This document shows, piece after piece, positions 13,461-25,849 of a stretch of 64,000 bases of DNA. A program made the translations under genes and the position numbers. The DNA is from Leucoraja ocellata (Eukaryota): contig JAWMAR010000103.1 in the NCBI GenBank assembly GCA_036785375.1, forward strand, positions 434,001 to 498,000. Direction: 5' to 3'. How positions within the stretch are numbered: position 1 is the stretch's first letter; each line of letters begins with the position of its first letter. The notes beneath the pieces are model-generated. The model did not search any database and was not told the origin of the DNA. It saw nothing but the letters and a program-made list of their open reading frames with translations.

Positions 13461-14064
13461 GTGTAAAAAAAACCACTGGCGGTTTACATTTAAGATGTAC
13501 ATCCTCCACAATCCCCTCCTCCACGTTTAACCCAAAGCATGAACTTCCTTCTCCATTTCAAACTAAAACACTGCACAATCTTCAGCTCGCAGGCTTGTGG
13601 CAGCTCACACCTTTGATCAGGAGTAAATCTGCCTTCAAATCGAACTGACAACAGGAGCACAACAATGCAAAACCAGCTTTGGGTTGGAGCAGTCGACTTG
13701 CTGTTTCGTAAAATCAATACGCCTTATAATTATGTGGTATTGTATGAATGAATTAATCACATCCATAGAGGTGCATTTGATATACCCTTCCACAAATCAT
13801 CCTCAAGGGGATGTGGTAGCCTGGATCATTACAAAGATCTTCTGCTTGTTTTTTAATCTTGCGAGAGTCGGTGACAATTCGTAGCTTGAAAGGATTCTCT
13901 CCACACCGCCCCCCCCCGCCCCCCACACGTTGGTTAGAGAGTTAGGCCCAACTGGTGGTTGGTGGGAAGAAGTATGCAACATGTATGAACCAGCATCCTG
14001 CAGTCCAGTGCACTGATGCCATTACAATAGACCCCTTGGAGAAAGATATTCCACTGATAGTCTG

Positions 14065-14217
14065 TTTAAGAAGGAACTGCAGATGCTGGAGTCTGAAGTC
14101 TTGTGACACGTCAGATGCTTGAGTCCGAAGAAGGGTCACGACCCGAAACGTCGCCTATTTCCTTCGCTCCATGGATGCTGCCTCACCCGCTGAGTTTCTC
14201 CAGCATTTTTGTCTACC
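14065..14217 (+). mobile_element. Penelope-like terminal repeat with near-consensus hammerhead-like core
   Basis: ccgaagaagggtcacgacccgaaacgtc at 14125-14152. Confidence 0.7.
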
Positions 14218-14989
14218 ACTGATAGTCTTATTATATTCCAACCATATGCAGATTATTCTACTTCCTGTGAAAGACCTTTAACTTTGCAATTTTCTCCACC
14301 CAAATCAATGAGATGGTGTGAAATTCTTTTACTCTTCCACAATTAATGCATTGATTCTTTTTTTTTGATTGTGAGAACTGTCTCCATCAAATTGGATTTT
14401 ATCCGTGTGTTAAGCACTCGGATACTAATATTTGAAGAGGCTAATTTTGCATAGAGCATTGTTCATGATCAGTACAAGGTTAATGTGTTTTGATGTGTGA
14501 AATTCAGACAAGAATCATGTTCATATGTTAAAGGAGCAGAATTAGGCCATTCGGTCCTTCATCTACTCTGCCATTCAATTTTGGCTGATCTATCTTTCCG
14601 TCTTGATCCCATTCTCCTGCTTTCTCCCTAACACCACGTAGAGCATAACCATAGATCAATTGAGCCAAATGGCCTGATTCTGTTTGTAATATCCATATAA
14701 TGCTATGTGGTATTAAACCGCCATATATCCTGGAGCAGTATTTATAAGTGTAAGCACAGATACTGTAATGAGCATGGTACACATTTATAGTAAATTATTT
14801 ATTGATATCTAAGAGACCATGGAGAGATTCTACTGATCCTAAAGGCAGGGCCTTGTTAATATTTTGGAGGTTAGTTGAGATCCTTAGTTAGGATAGGGGA
14901 AAGGCCCAGGACTGGGATTATGCCTCAATCCTTAATTGAAGTGCGGGAGAGGTCAGAAATCCATCTCAGCAGAGCAGTAGAGATCAAAA

Positions 14990-15295
14990 GTGGCAGAGTG
15001 ATAGAGTTGCTGCCTAACAGCGCCAGAGACCCAGGTATGATCCTGATTACGGGTGTTGTCTGTATAGAGTTTATACATTCTCCCTGTGGCCACGTGGGTT
15101 TTCTCCAGGTGCTCTGGTTTCCTCACACATTCCAAAGACATGCAGGTTTGAGGATTGATTGGCTTCTATACATTGTCCTGAGTGTCTAGGATAGAATTAG
15201 TGTACGAGTGATGTATGGGTGATCACTTGTCATCGCAGACTCGGTGGGCTGAAGGGTCTGTTTCCACGTTGTACCTCTAATCTCAACTAAACGAA
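14990..15295 (+). mobile_element. V-SINE
   Basis: Head, central domain and 'gactcggtgggctgaagggtctgtttcc...ctaaac' tail. Confidence 0.85.
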
Positions 15296-15485
15296 ACCTG
15301 AGCATTCAGGAGGAGAAAAGGTCGGCAATCACAAGGGAAAATTAGAAATTGCTACTGGGAGAAACTTGCTTTCCATTTGGGAGAGAACCAGTGGTGTCTG
15401 CCAGTATTCAGGAAAGTGTTGGTAGACAAAAATGCTGGAGAAACTCACTGGGTGAGGCAGCATCGAAGGAGCGAAGAAAACAGGC

Positions 15486-15513
15486 AATGTTTCAGGTCAA
15501 AACCCTTCTTCAG
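15486..15513 (-). ncRNA. minimal type-I hammerhead-ribozyme-like core in a Penelope-like terminal repeat (putative)
   Basis: Minus strand reads CUGAAGA-A-GGGU-UUUG-ACCU-GAAA-CA-UU. Core boxes and the UH site are present, but stem I is weak. Confidence 0.5.
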
Positions 15514-16479
15514 ACTTCTTCAGAACCCTTCTTCAAACCCTTCTTCAGGAAAGTGTTTGTGTGTTGTAGTCACATTGTGTAGCGTTACTTTTTTTAAAAG
15601 TAATTGTGCGACATTCTTTCATCTGTGATGTTTATTTTCAAGAGTTCATTCAAATATGGCACAGGGTTTCATGCAAAGGGGTTAATGCGTTTATTACTAA
15701 TGTTACAGAGTATTTTTCAACTCTGCAGAGAATCCCATGCAGGGGACATACTGTGAGGGGGAATCAAAAATGGTGCATCAAGTCAATTACAGTTAAGTGA
15801 CTAATCAATAACGTACTATTTCTGTTAGCAACAGAAACTGCGAGTGCTAAATCCATTTTCTATCTACACTCGTTAAATGAATCATTTTTAGCTGTGAATT
15901 CCCTTCAAATGATCCAATGCACACATTCTGTTTTAAATCAGATTGTCAAACAGATTACACAAACTGGAAATTGTATAAAGTCTTTTGCTTTACTGCAACC
16001 TCCCAAATTACATTGAAAAAATTGATGCAATTTAGATTTAGGGAATGTTTGGTGTAGTTAAAAATAACTGCAACGGAATAAGCATTATTAGTATTTGGCA
16101 GTGTGCAAGAGAAATGAAAGGAATGGTGTTGCAAAGAGGTTATTCATTATTCAGTCAAAGGGGGGTTATCAATGTTGCAGAGTTCTGCAGGGCACAGCCT
16201 GAAGGTTGCACTTGTTTGTGGTGTGAATGAATATTTAAAGCAACTTTTGCATGTGCTACCCATTAGGTGGAGAGACAGAGATCTGCCATGAGGTCATAGA
16301 GCTGTAAACAAAAAAACAAATGTATGGATGGAGAGTGAGGTGGCGAGGAGCTGATATAACACAGGGGAAGCAGAAGAAACAAACAGGTTAGTTAGATCGA
16401 GTAACAGAAAAAGCTGGAAAAAACCCACTGAAGAAGGGTCACGACCCCAATGCCACTTATCCATGTCATGGATTCATGG

Positions 16480-17135
16480 AACAGTGCAGCCTGTAAACAG
16501 CCCCCGGGCCCAACCTGCCCATGCCAACCAAGCTTCCCCATGTACACCTGTCCCACCTACCAATGTTCCCCACATATCCCTCTATTTCCTGTCCATGTAT
16601 CTGTATAAATGTAATTTAAATGTTGTTTTAGTACTTGCCTCAACTACCTCCTCTGGCAGCTCATTCCATATGCCCACCACCCTCTCTATGAAAAAACCGC
16701 CTCTCAGATTCCTATTAAATCTCTCCTCTCTCACCATAAAAGTAAGTTATTTTGTTCTTGATTCCCCTACTCTGGGTAAAAGACTGTGCATCTACTCTAT
16801 CTATTCCCCTCACTATCTTACACACCTTTATTAGATCACCTTCATCCTCCTGCGCTTCAAGGAATAAAGTTCTAGCCAGCCCAATCTCCCTGTAGCTCAG
16901 GCCCTCAGGTTCTGGCAACATCCTCGTACACCTTCTCTGCACTCTTTCCATGTTAACAAAATGTTTCCTACAGCAGTGCGACCAAAACTAATTACAATAC
17001 TCCAAATATGGCCTCACCAATGTTTTGTACAACTGTAACATAACTTCACAACTTCTATACCCTCTCTGCTGAAGGCCCATGTTCCCAAAGCGTCCTAGAC
17101 CACCCTATTTACCTGTGACACCACTTTCAAGGAAC
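16480..17135 (-). mobile_element. CR1 3' fragment
   Basis: ORF track: MERVQRRCTRMLP..GLSYRE..GDLIKVCKIVRGIDRVD; 3' UTR follows. Confidence 0.85.
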
Positions 17136-17594
17136 GATATTTTTCAGTGAAGTTGCCTGACCTGTTGAATTACCCCCTTTGTGTTTCCATCAAGATTCTA
17201 GCACATTGAGTCTTTCACTGCAAAAATGTTCAGCTGACAGGCAGCATCCAGGGAGATTAAAAGTTAGCATGATAGTACAATGATCTTCCATCAGAACTCA
17301 GAGAGAGAATGGTTGGAGCATTGAAAACCATTAAGAAAGATCTGAGGTTGCTTTAAAAAGCACTCATCTAGCCTCCAATAAATAATCTATGCAAGGGTAT
17401 CGGCTGAAAATCATCTTCAGTGCCAATTGACCCATAATCCCCAATATTTCCTCTGTTCCTTACTAAGTAACTGCGATTAGACTCAATTTTCTGAATCCTG
17501 TTTCCATTAATGTACAATCTCTTGGGTGCAAATTCACGCCATGTTAAACTGACTCAATTCGTAGAAAGTTTTGAGGTCCTGTTCTGAATGGAGT

Positions 17595-17910
17595 CGAGAG
17601 CTGTTCTGAGCTACCATCTACCTCATTGGAGACCCTTGGACTATCTTTACTCTGACCTTACTGGATTTTATCTTCAACCAGACATTATTCCCTTTATCCT
17701 GTATCTGTACACTGTGGATTGTAATCATGCATAAACACAAAATGCTGGAGTAACTCAGCGGGACGGGCAACATCTCTGGAGAGAAGGAATGGGTGACGTT
17801 TCAGGTCGAGATCCTTCTTATAGTCTTTCCGCTGACTGGATAGCACGCCACAAAAAAAACTTTGCACTGTACCTCGGTACACGTGACAATAAACTGGACT
17901 AAACTAAAGT
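17595..17910 (+). mobile_element. Rex1-type 3' UTR interrupted by a minus-strand Penelope-like terminal repeat (17733-17821)
   Basis: The UTR resumes at 'tagtctttccgctgactggatagcacg...gtgacaataaac'. Confidence 0.75.
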
Positions 17911-18612
17911 TGGAGGTCAGGAAAGATCACTGGGTTAGGTAAGTGATGCTGATGTCAAAGACATTTTGGGTCGTAAAGGGTTAATGGAATGAAAGCTGTC
18001 TTCTGTAAATAAGCTTCCCTTCCAGGAAGCAAAGATGCCAGTAATTCAGTGTCAGAGGACATGTTTGTGTGTGCTTTTTACATGTCAATTTCATTCACCA
18101 ACTGGGCTCTCAAACAAACCACAATCACATTCTGGCTGATCACGGCTGTGGTGTTTACTAGTGCAGATCAAAGCTGACGCGCACCATTTATGACGGTGTA
18201 GCCCTGGCTAATTAACACAGTCTAGGGGGGAGGTTAACATAGTATAAGTAGCACAACCCCTCGTTCCCACAGCCACCCACTCTTTACATCATTCTTAATA
18301 TATATCAGGGTTCAATTGCTAAACCTGACTGATGTACAAAGAAAACCTGTCGGATGGTACAGGAAATGCTGGACACTCTGAACTACACGATGAACTCACT
18401 GTGCTCTCAAATTGATTTTTTATCATGGAGTCACAGAGAGATGCAGCCCTTTGGCCCATTGAGCCCATACTGACCAACGGCATCCTTTTGAACACTATTT
18501 CTATCCAAACCCATTTTATTTTCCCCGCACTATCATCATCTCCACCCAGATTCTACCGTTCATTTATGTGCTTGGGGCAATTTACAGCGGCTCATTAATA
18601 TATCCACTTGTA

Positions 18613-18815
18613 CAAACAAGGAATTGCAGATGCTGGTTTATACAAAAGGACACGAAATGCTAGAGTAACTCAGCAGGTTAGGCAGCATCTCTGGAGAACA
18701 TGGATGGGTGACATTTCATGTCAGGACCCTTATTCAGTCTGAAGCAGGGTCCTGACCCAAAATGTCACCTACCTCCAGCGATGCTGCCTGACCCACTGAG
18801 TTAATCCAGCACTGC
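18613..18815. mobile_element. head-to-head Penelope-like terminal repeat pair (fold-back)
   Basis: Minus copy then plus copy, meeting at 'ttcagtctgaa' (about 18733-18743). Confidence 0.75.
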
Positions 18816-18959
18816 CTTTTTTTAAACAATATCATTGTTTGGCCACATGAACAGCTGGCTATTCTGCAGGGGTTAAGTTTCTGATTTCCCACACCCTACT
18901 GCCATTTGCAAGGCATAAGTCAGTATTGTGATAGAATGCTATTCACTTGCCTGAAGCGG

Positions 18960-19965
18960 CCAGAGTGTTTTATTGTCATATGTCCCAGATAGAACAATGA
19001 AATTCTTATTTGCAGCAGCACAACAGAATGTGTAAACATAATACTCTTTAAATAGCATCATAAACAAGAAGAAATAGTTCAGTGTCTACATATGTGTTTG
19101 TGTGTGTGTATATATATATATATATAGACACACACAAACACATATATACACACACATATCTATAAAAACAAACAAACAATAATAGTTACAATAATGGTGC
19201 AAAACCAATGTAGTTCAGAGCTTATTTGGAGGTTGCCGTGTTTAATGGCTGTAGAGAAGAAGCTGTTTCTGAATCTGGACGTTACAGTTTTCTAGCTCCT
19301 TTGTCTTCCTCCCGATGGCAGGAGTGAAATGAATGTGTGGCCAGGGTGTTGTTGGTCCCTGATGATGCTGGCTGCCTTTTTGAGGCAGCGACTCCTGTAA
19401 ATCTCTTCGAAGGTGGGGAGGCCAGAACCCGTGATAGACTGGGCAGTGTTCACCACTTTTTGCAGTCTTCTTGACTCCTGGATGTTCAAGTTGACGAACC
19501 AGACCGTGATGCAGCCAGTCAATATGCTCTCTACCTACACCTGTAGAAGTTCAAGGGAGTCCTCTCTGACATGCCGAATCTCCGCATTCTTCTCAGGAAG
19601 TAGAGGTGATGATGGGCTTTCTTTATAATTTCTTTATAAAGTACACCACGGTCAGGATGATAGAGGTGAATTCCCTTGGGAGGTAGAAGGAGCGGCACTT
19701 CATCACCATGTATTCCAGGTACGGGGAACAGGAGTTGGACAGGACTGGCACATCTGAGCACCACAAAGAGTGGACAATGAGGCAGATGCCACCGATGCCT
19801 GCGTTCTGTACATGCGATGGATGGCTAAGTCTGGGGAGCTGGGGATGAGCCATGTCTCTGTGAAACAGAGCACATAGCATCCCCTCATTTCCCTTTGATA
19901 AAGCAGCCTTGCCCTTAAGTCCACTTTATTTTCAAATGACTGAACATTGGCCAGTAAAATGGTAG
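18960..19965 (-). mobile_element. Rex1/Babar-type LINE with internal deletion (APE N-terminus fused to the post-RT C-terminus and 3' UTR)
   Basis: 'ILLANVQSFENK...VLCFTETWL...KCRSFYLPREFTSIILTVVY' directly followed by 'KKAHHHLYFLRRMRRFG...LQKVVNTAQSITG...LLPSGGR'. Confidence 0.85.
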
Positions 19966-20224
19966 AAAGCAGGTCATATCCCCTGAATAAGTGCAGGTCC
20001 CAAGAACACTCGCGATATTTGACAATATTGAGTCTACCATACTGAATATTGGTGTACCATCCACCACCCCAAACAGTCACTCCTCTTGAACCTCAGGCAC
20101 ACAGTGGCCAAAGTGTGTACCATGAATGCCCCGAGGCCACACAGCATACTGTATCTTTTACAGAGCTTCCCAATCCATGACCCTGACTGAGTGGTAGGAC
20201 AGGTAGCAGGAACATGAGAATGCG

Positions 20225-20585
20225 GTTTAGTTTAGTTTATTCTACAGATATAGCATTGAAACCGGCCTTTCAGCCCTCCAAGACCACGCAGATCAGCGAT
20301 CTCCCCACACTAACACTATCCTACACACATTAGGGATAATTTACATTTATAGCAAGCCAATTAACCTACAATCCTGTACATCTTTGGAGTGTGGGAGGAA
20401 ACGGAAGATCTCAAATTCCTTGTATGCCTACATACATGGCTAATAAATTAATTACAATATAATCTCGGAAACAGCCCACGTGGTCACATTCAAACTCCAT
20501 ACAGACAGCACCCATAGTCGGGATCGAGCCCAGGTCTCTGGCGCTGTACGGCAGGAACTCTAACACTGCACCACCACGTGCTGCC
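20225..20585 (-). mobile_element. V-SINE with a short internal insertion
   Basis: Tail, central and head domains on the minus strand. Confidence 0.8.
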
Positions 20586-21339
20586 CGCTAACAGTTACCG
20601 CCACCTGCCTTTGGACATCCCATTATTCCTTCATTACTGCTCCCAAATATGGGAATTCCACTTCCGACAGAAACTTCACCATTGACTGCAGGGATTCAAG
20701 AAGTGCCCAACTTATTTGAAGAATGGCAATAAATGCTGGCCTTGTAAATGAGGGGCATGTACCATCAAATATGTTAGGTATTTTGTGGTAAATAAGTCTT
20801 GTGGTCTTGTAAGAAAAAGACAGCACATTTACTACAGAATACCAAACATATTTGATGAAACATGCCCTCAATTACAATGCCATTCCTAATCAGCTTGGAG
20901 AATTTGGGCATTTAGAATAAGATTTTAGAAAATACCATTTAAATTTAGAAAGTTTAGGATGTATGAAGAATTAATCCTAAACGTTAACCAATATCTATCT
21001 CCTGTTACTCTCACTAATGCAAGATATTCCATATAAAAGAATCACAACTTAATTGTTCCGCAAGCTAATTGTTTTAAAACTGGTAAAATAAACATTGTTG
21101 ATCCAGAGATATTTTACAGAGCGTGGAGTTCACTAACAGTGGCTCTATCATCCTTTGAAAGAACCATAATGGAGTTGTTGACTAACCATAGCAATTAGTC
21201 TTTATCAATCAACCCAGAAGAATACCAGACATAAGAAACACCAGTGGATAAGGGCGCTAGGAGCATGAGTCTAAACCCACTGTTTTCCTCACAAACCTGC
21301 TCCACTCACCATAACATGAGGATGTGAATAAACTCACAA

Positions 21340-22575
21340 TAGACACAAAATGCTAGAGTAACTCAGCGGGACAGGCAGCGCCTCTGGAGAGAAGGAATGG
21401 GTGATGTTTCGGGTCTAGACCTTTCTTCTAGACCTGAAACATCAGATTCAATTTAATTTTAATTGTCATTATCAGTGTACAGTACAGAGACAACGAAATG
21501 CATTATCCTTCTCTCCAGAGATGCTGCCTGTCCCACTGAGTTACTCCAGCATTTTGTGTCTATCTTTGGTTTCAACCATCATCTACAGTTTCTTCCTACA
21601 GAATGAACACACCTGGGACGGCACAGTGGCGCAGCAGTAGAGTTGCTGCCTTACAGTGCCAGTGACCCGGGTTCGATCTAGACTACGTGTCTGTACGGAG
21701 TTTGTACGATCTACCCTGAGGGGTAACTTTATCACACTAAGTATGGTGAATGTATGGAATGAGCTGCCAGATTAAGTAGTTTAAGCAGGTACTATCACAA
21801 TGTTTAAGAAACATTTAGACAGGTACATGGCAAGGACAGCTTTAGAGGGATTTGGGCCAAATGCAGGCAGGTGAGACTAGTGTAGAAGGAACATGTTGGT
21901 CGGTTTGGGCAAGTTGGGCTGAAGGGCCTGTTTCCATGCAGTATGACTATGACTATGAAATATAGAATAGTGCAGCACAGGAACAAGCCTTTTGGCTTGT
22001 GCAAACTCCACAAGGGCCGTGGTCGAGGCTCCACTTGCCATGTCACTGTGCCATTCCAAAGTAGAATCAACAGCAAAGGCAGACACAAGGAACTCTGGAT
22101 GCTGGAATCTTGCAATTTTCACACAATGCTGAAGTAACTCAACAGGTCAGGCAGCATCTCTGGAGGACATGGAGAGGTGACATTTCGGGACAGGACATGC
22201 ACAGGCAATATTCTCAGTCATCTGAAGAAGAGTCCTACCATGAAATGTCGCCTGTCCCTGCCCACCAGAGATGCTGAGTTACTCCAGCACTTTGTGTTCT
22301 TCAATTGTAAAGCAAATACTTTAGAGTCAAAGGGACACAAAAGTGTTGGAGTAACTCAGTTCGTCAGGTAGCATCTCTGGAGATCATGGATAGGTAACAT
22401 TTCAGGTTGAGATCCTTGTTCAGGTGACCAAAAACATCGCCTTCAGTCTGAGGAACGGTCTCAACCTGAAACGTCACCTATAGTTGTACTCTAGAGATGC
22501 TGCCTGGCCTGCTGAGATACACCAGCTCTTTGTGTCCTTTTGTATATTAATCAGTATCTGCGGTTCCTTGTTTCT
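21340..22575. mobile_element. cluster: Penelope-like fold-backs (21340-21600, 22086-22300, 22330-22575), V-SINE head (21615-21715), CR1 3' end (21715-21960)
   Basis: Repeated 'agagatgctgcc...gagttactccagca' in both orientations; A box tggcgcagcag and B box ggttcgatc. Confidence 0.75.
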
Positions 22576-23282
22576 ATACTATAGAGTCAAGACTGCATAT
22601 GTATCACACTCCATTACCGCAAGCATGGCCGTGGCAGTAAAGAATACAGGGCAAGTAAGATTAGCTGAGTTTTATTTCTCACTCACCTTGTCTCCACACA
22701 GATATGTCGGAGAATCCTCCTCCTCTTCGCCTTTCAGGTGCCGACCTAGCCATTGCACATTTCCTGCATTCTCAGCAGCAAAGTATCATTGCTAATATCA
22801 TTACAGACAAGTGTTCATCACAAATAACCTTTAAATTGGCCCATCTGTAATAAGTGTCGCCTTCGTAAATGGCTCTGATGAACACTTATTACAGTAAAGG
22901 GTGATTAATGCATGAGTGTCATTAGGCCTGGAGCCCACTTTTATTAGCAAAAACAAATTTATGCAGACGAAAACATTTAAGCAATGACTCATCATATCAA
23001 TTTTGAATCTCATTCTCTAAACTTCTGAGAATCGCTTTCATATTTTAACCACTATTGGGTTCCCTCCGCTTCGAGCGGCCCTCATTATGTTACAGGGGGT
23101 AAGAAACAGTGGCGCAATGGTAGGTTTGTTGCCTTGCAGTGCCTGAGACCCAGGTTCAATCCGGACCACGCGGTCACAGGGAGAACGGACAAACTATGTA
23201 CACACAGAACCCATAGTCAGGATCTAACCTGCGTCTCAGGCAGTGTAAGGCAGCAACTCTACCTCTGCGCCACTGTGCCACC

Positions 23283-23718
23283 ATCTAAAAAAAAAGTCCA
23301 CAAGCCGAGCTGGCCGGAGCTCTGCGATGATAAAAGTCAGCGCTGCCCACGGCTGGAAGCCCCGCAGACCACAGCTCCATGGTGTTAAAGTCGGCAGGCC
23401 CAACACGGCGATCCCCGCTAAGTCATCGCCCGCTCTGCGATGGAATCCAGTGCTGCGCCGCCGCTGAAGCACTGGCCGGTCTCCCGCAGGAAAGGCCGCG
23501 CCAAACCAGGTGGTAGGCCGCGAGGGGGGGCAAAGATGCGACTCGGAGAATAGACCGGGAAGTGACTGGGAAACAGTTTCCCCCTTCCCCTCCCCACCTT
23601 CTCCACATAAAAAAGCCTAAGAAACCTCCAGGAACATAGTTTTAAACAGACTAAAAACAACAAAAAGGGTGAAAGGACGAACAGACTGCTGGCGAGGCTG
23701 CTGCGCACGGCACCACCT
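23283..23718 (-). mobile_element. GC-rich non-coding retroposon-like repeat, 5' part (same family as 36898-37732)
   Basis: Shared blocks 'gccgccgc.gaagc', 'caggaaa.gccg', 'tggtaggccgcgagg', 'cggagaa', and a similar terminus. Confidence 0.65.
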
Positions 23719-25849
23719 GTCAACAACAACTTGAGCTCAATTATAGGGGTTACCAACAGTATCAGAATCAAACCCAAACTGGGTCAGTGTGGTCAATCTC
23801 TCTTCTCAGTATGAATTCTCTGTTGTTTCTGTGCTAGGATGACTGAACAAATCTCTTGCCACACTCTTCTAGGATGTAAGGAAATACGAAAAAAAAACCT
23901 ATGGTACTACTCAAGGCCATAAAGTCCTGGGAACTTAGTGGAGAGTCCCACTGCGATATCCAGGCATACAATGTAATACAATAATACAATAAGTCAAATC
24001 TGCATGATAAAATCCAATTCTGCAGAGTACATGCAATATAAAGTTCCAGAGATTTTTAACAAATAGGGCAACTTTTTAAGTGCTGATGTGACGTGCACCT
24101 CCTCTCATTGGACATCGTCGGTCTATCTTTTATCAGACTTTTCTGGACTTTATCTTGCATTAGGCATTAGTCCCTTTATCTTGCATCTGTACACCTTGGA
24201 CGGCTTGATTGTAATCATGTATAGTCATTTCGCTGACTGGTCAGCACACCATAAAAAGGCTTTCCACTGTACCTCGGTACACATGACAATAAACCAAACT
24301 GAATTAAAAAGAAACCAACCCTCACTTTCATAATATCATGAAGGAAAGTTCCTAGATGCATCGCAGAAGCATTATGAAACAACATCTGATGCTGAGCCAA
24401 ATAGAAAATAGAACAGTGCAGCTCATGAACGGGCCCTTTGGCCACTATGTCTCTGATGAACAGAATGCCAGGATGAACTAATCTCATCTGCCTGCACGTG
24501 ATCTACAGTATATCTCTCCATTCACTGCCAATGCGGCCAGATGACTGAAAACTTGGCCAGAAAGAAAAGTTTGATGGAGCATCTTATAGTTCAGAAGAGA
24601 ATATGGAACACACAAAGATTTAGGTGCGACTTCCAGAGCTTGGGGATTTAGTAGTTAAAACCACCGCTGTCATTCATATCACAATTAAAAACAGTAAATA
24701 ATTCTCAACAACAATAACTCTCAAATGAATGCTAATTAAAGACTATAAAAAAAACACGGCTTAAAATTTGACAGTGTAAAAGACCTTTTGTGGATGAGTG
24801 TCATTGAAAGATCCTCATTTTGTTGTAGAACATGAACAGTTTTGTGGACAGGGATTTAGTACTTTCAAATATCCAATGGCCAGATATAGAGGGTCGAAGA
24901 GAATGGTGCATAATTACAGAGTAACTCACTGATGTCCAAGATCTTGCAGTCTTTTAAGAAGGAAGATATACATACAATTTCCTTTATAAAATCAGGACAT
25001 TTCTTTTTAAGACATTGGAGCTTGATAGATTCGTGATTAGTACTGATTCAGGGGTTATGAGAAGAAGGCAGGAGAATGGGGTTGAGAGGGAAAGATAGAT
25101 TAGCTATGATTCAATGGCGGACTAGGCTGGATGGGCTGAATTATCTAATTCTGCTCCTACAACTTACGATAATCAGTCTGAGTGCAAGTCACAGATGTCT
25201 CTGGACAAAAATAACGAGTCAACTCTCGGTCAAGATTTTTACAGAACAGTATCATCGGATTACACAGCACAAAAGGTTTCCACTCACTTCCAGTGTTTTC
25301 CCAATTCCCAGTGAAAGTAGGAGTCAAATCTGATGAACTTTCTGAGTCACGTACTCAATGTCAACCTGCATGTGTTACATGGAGTATTGGTGGGCCAAAT
25401 ATAGAGCAACCCATTGTGTAAGGGGGTCGACAGCTGTAAGCAACCCTGGAGAATAATCAGAAGAACAGTAGATATTTCACTGGGCAGTTATATTAATTTG
25501 TTGTGGAAATATCAGAGACGGAGAGAATAGAAGACTGTTTCACTGATGGTCAAAATTAATCCAATTGGCCAACTGAAGTTTTCCATTTTCCAATTGGCAA
25601 GCAGTGATGTCAGGTTGATGGACCAATAGAGAGAACAATGAGTTGATGAGGCAACGGGTGATTTATGGTTGGAGATTATCTGAGGGTATCTCAGAAAAAC
25701 ATGCAACCAGAGTTGGCAAAACTAAGCTGGACAGCCCTTGTGATGTGGCATCGGAAGTAAACGGAAGCTGGATATGCACTAACGGAGATTAGCTTTCAGT
25801 TTTTTTTACCAACAGTAGACAATATATCACTGCTGTTCATGCAAGTAAC

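Noticed and set aside
21615-21690. tRNA gene
   Set aside because: tRNA-like A/B boxes belong to the V-SINE head; no full cloverleaf.
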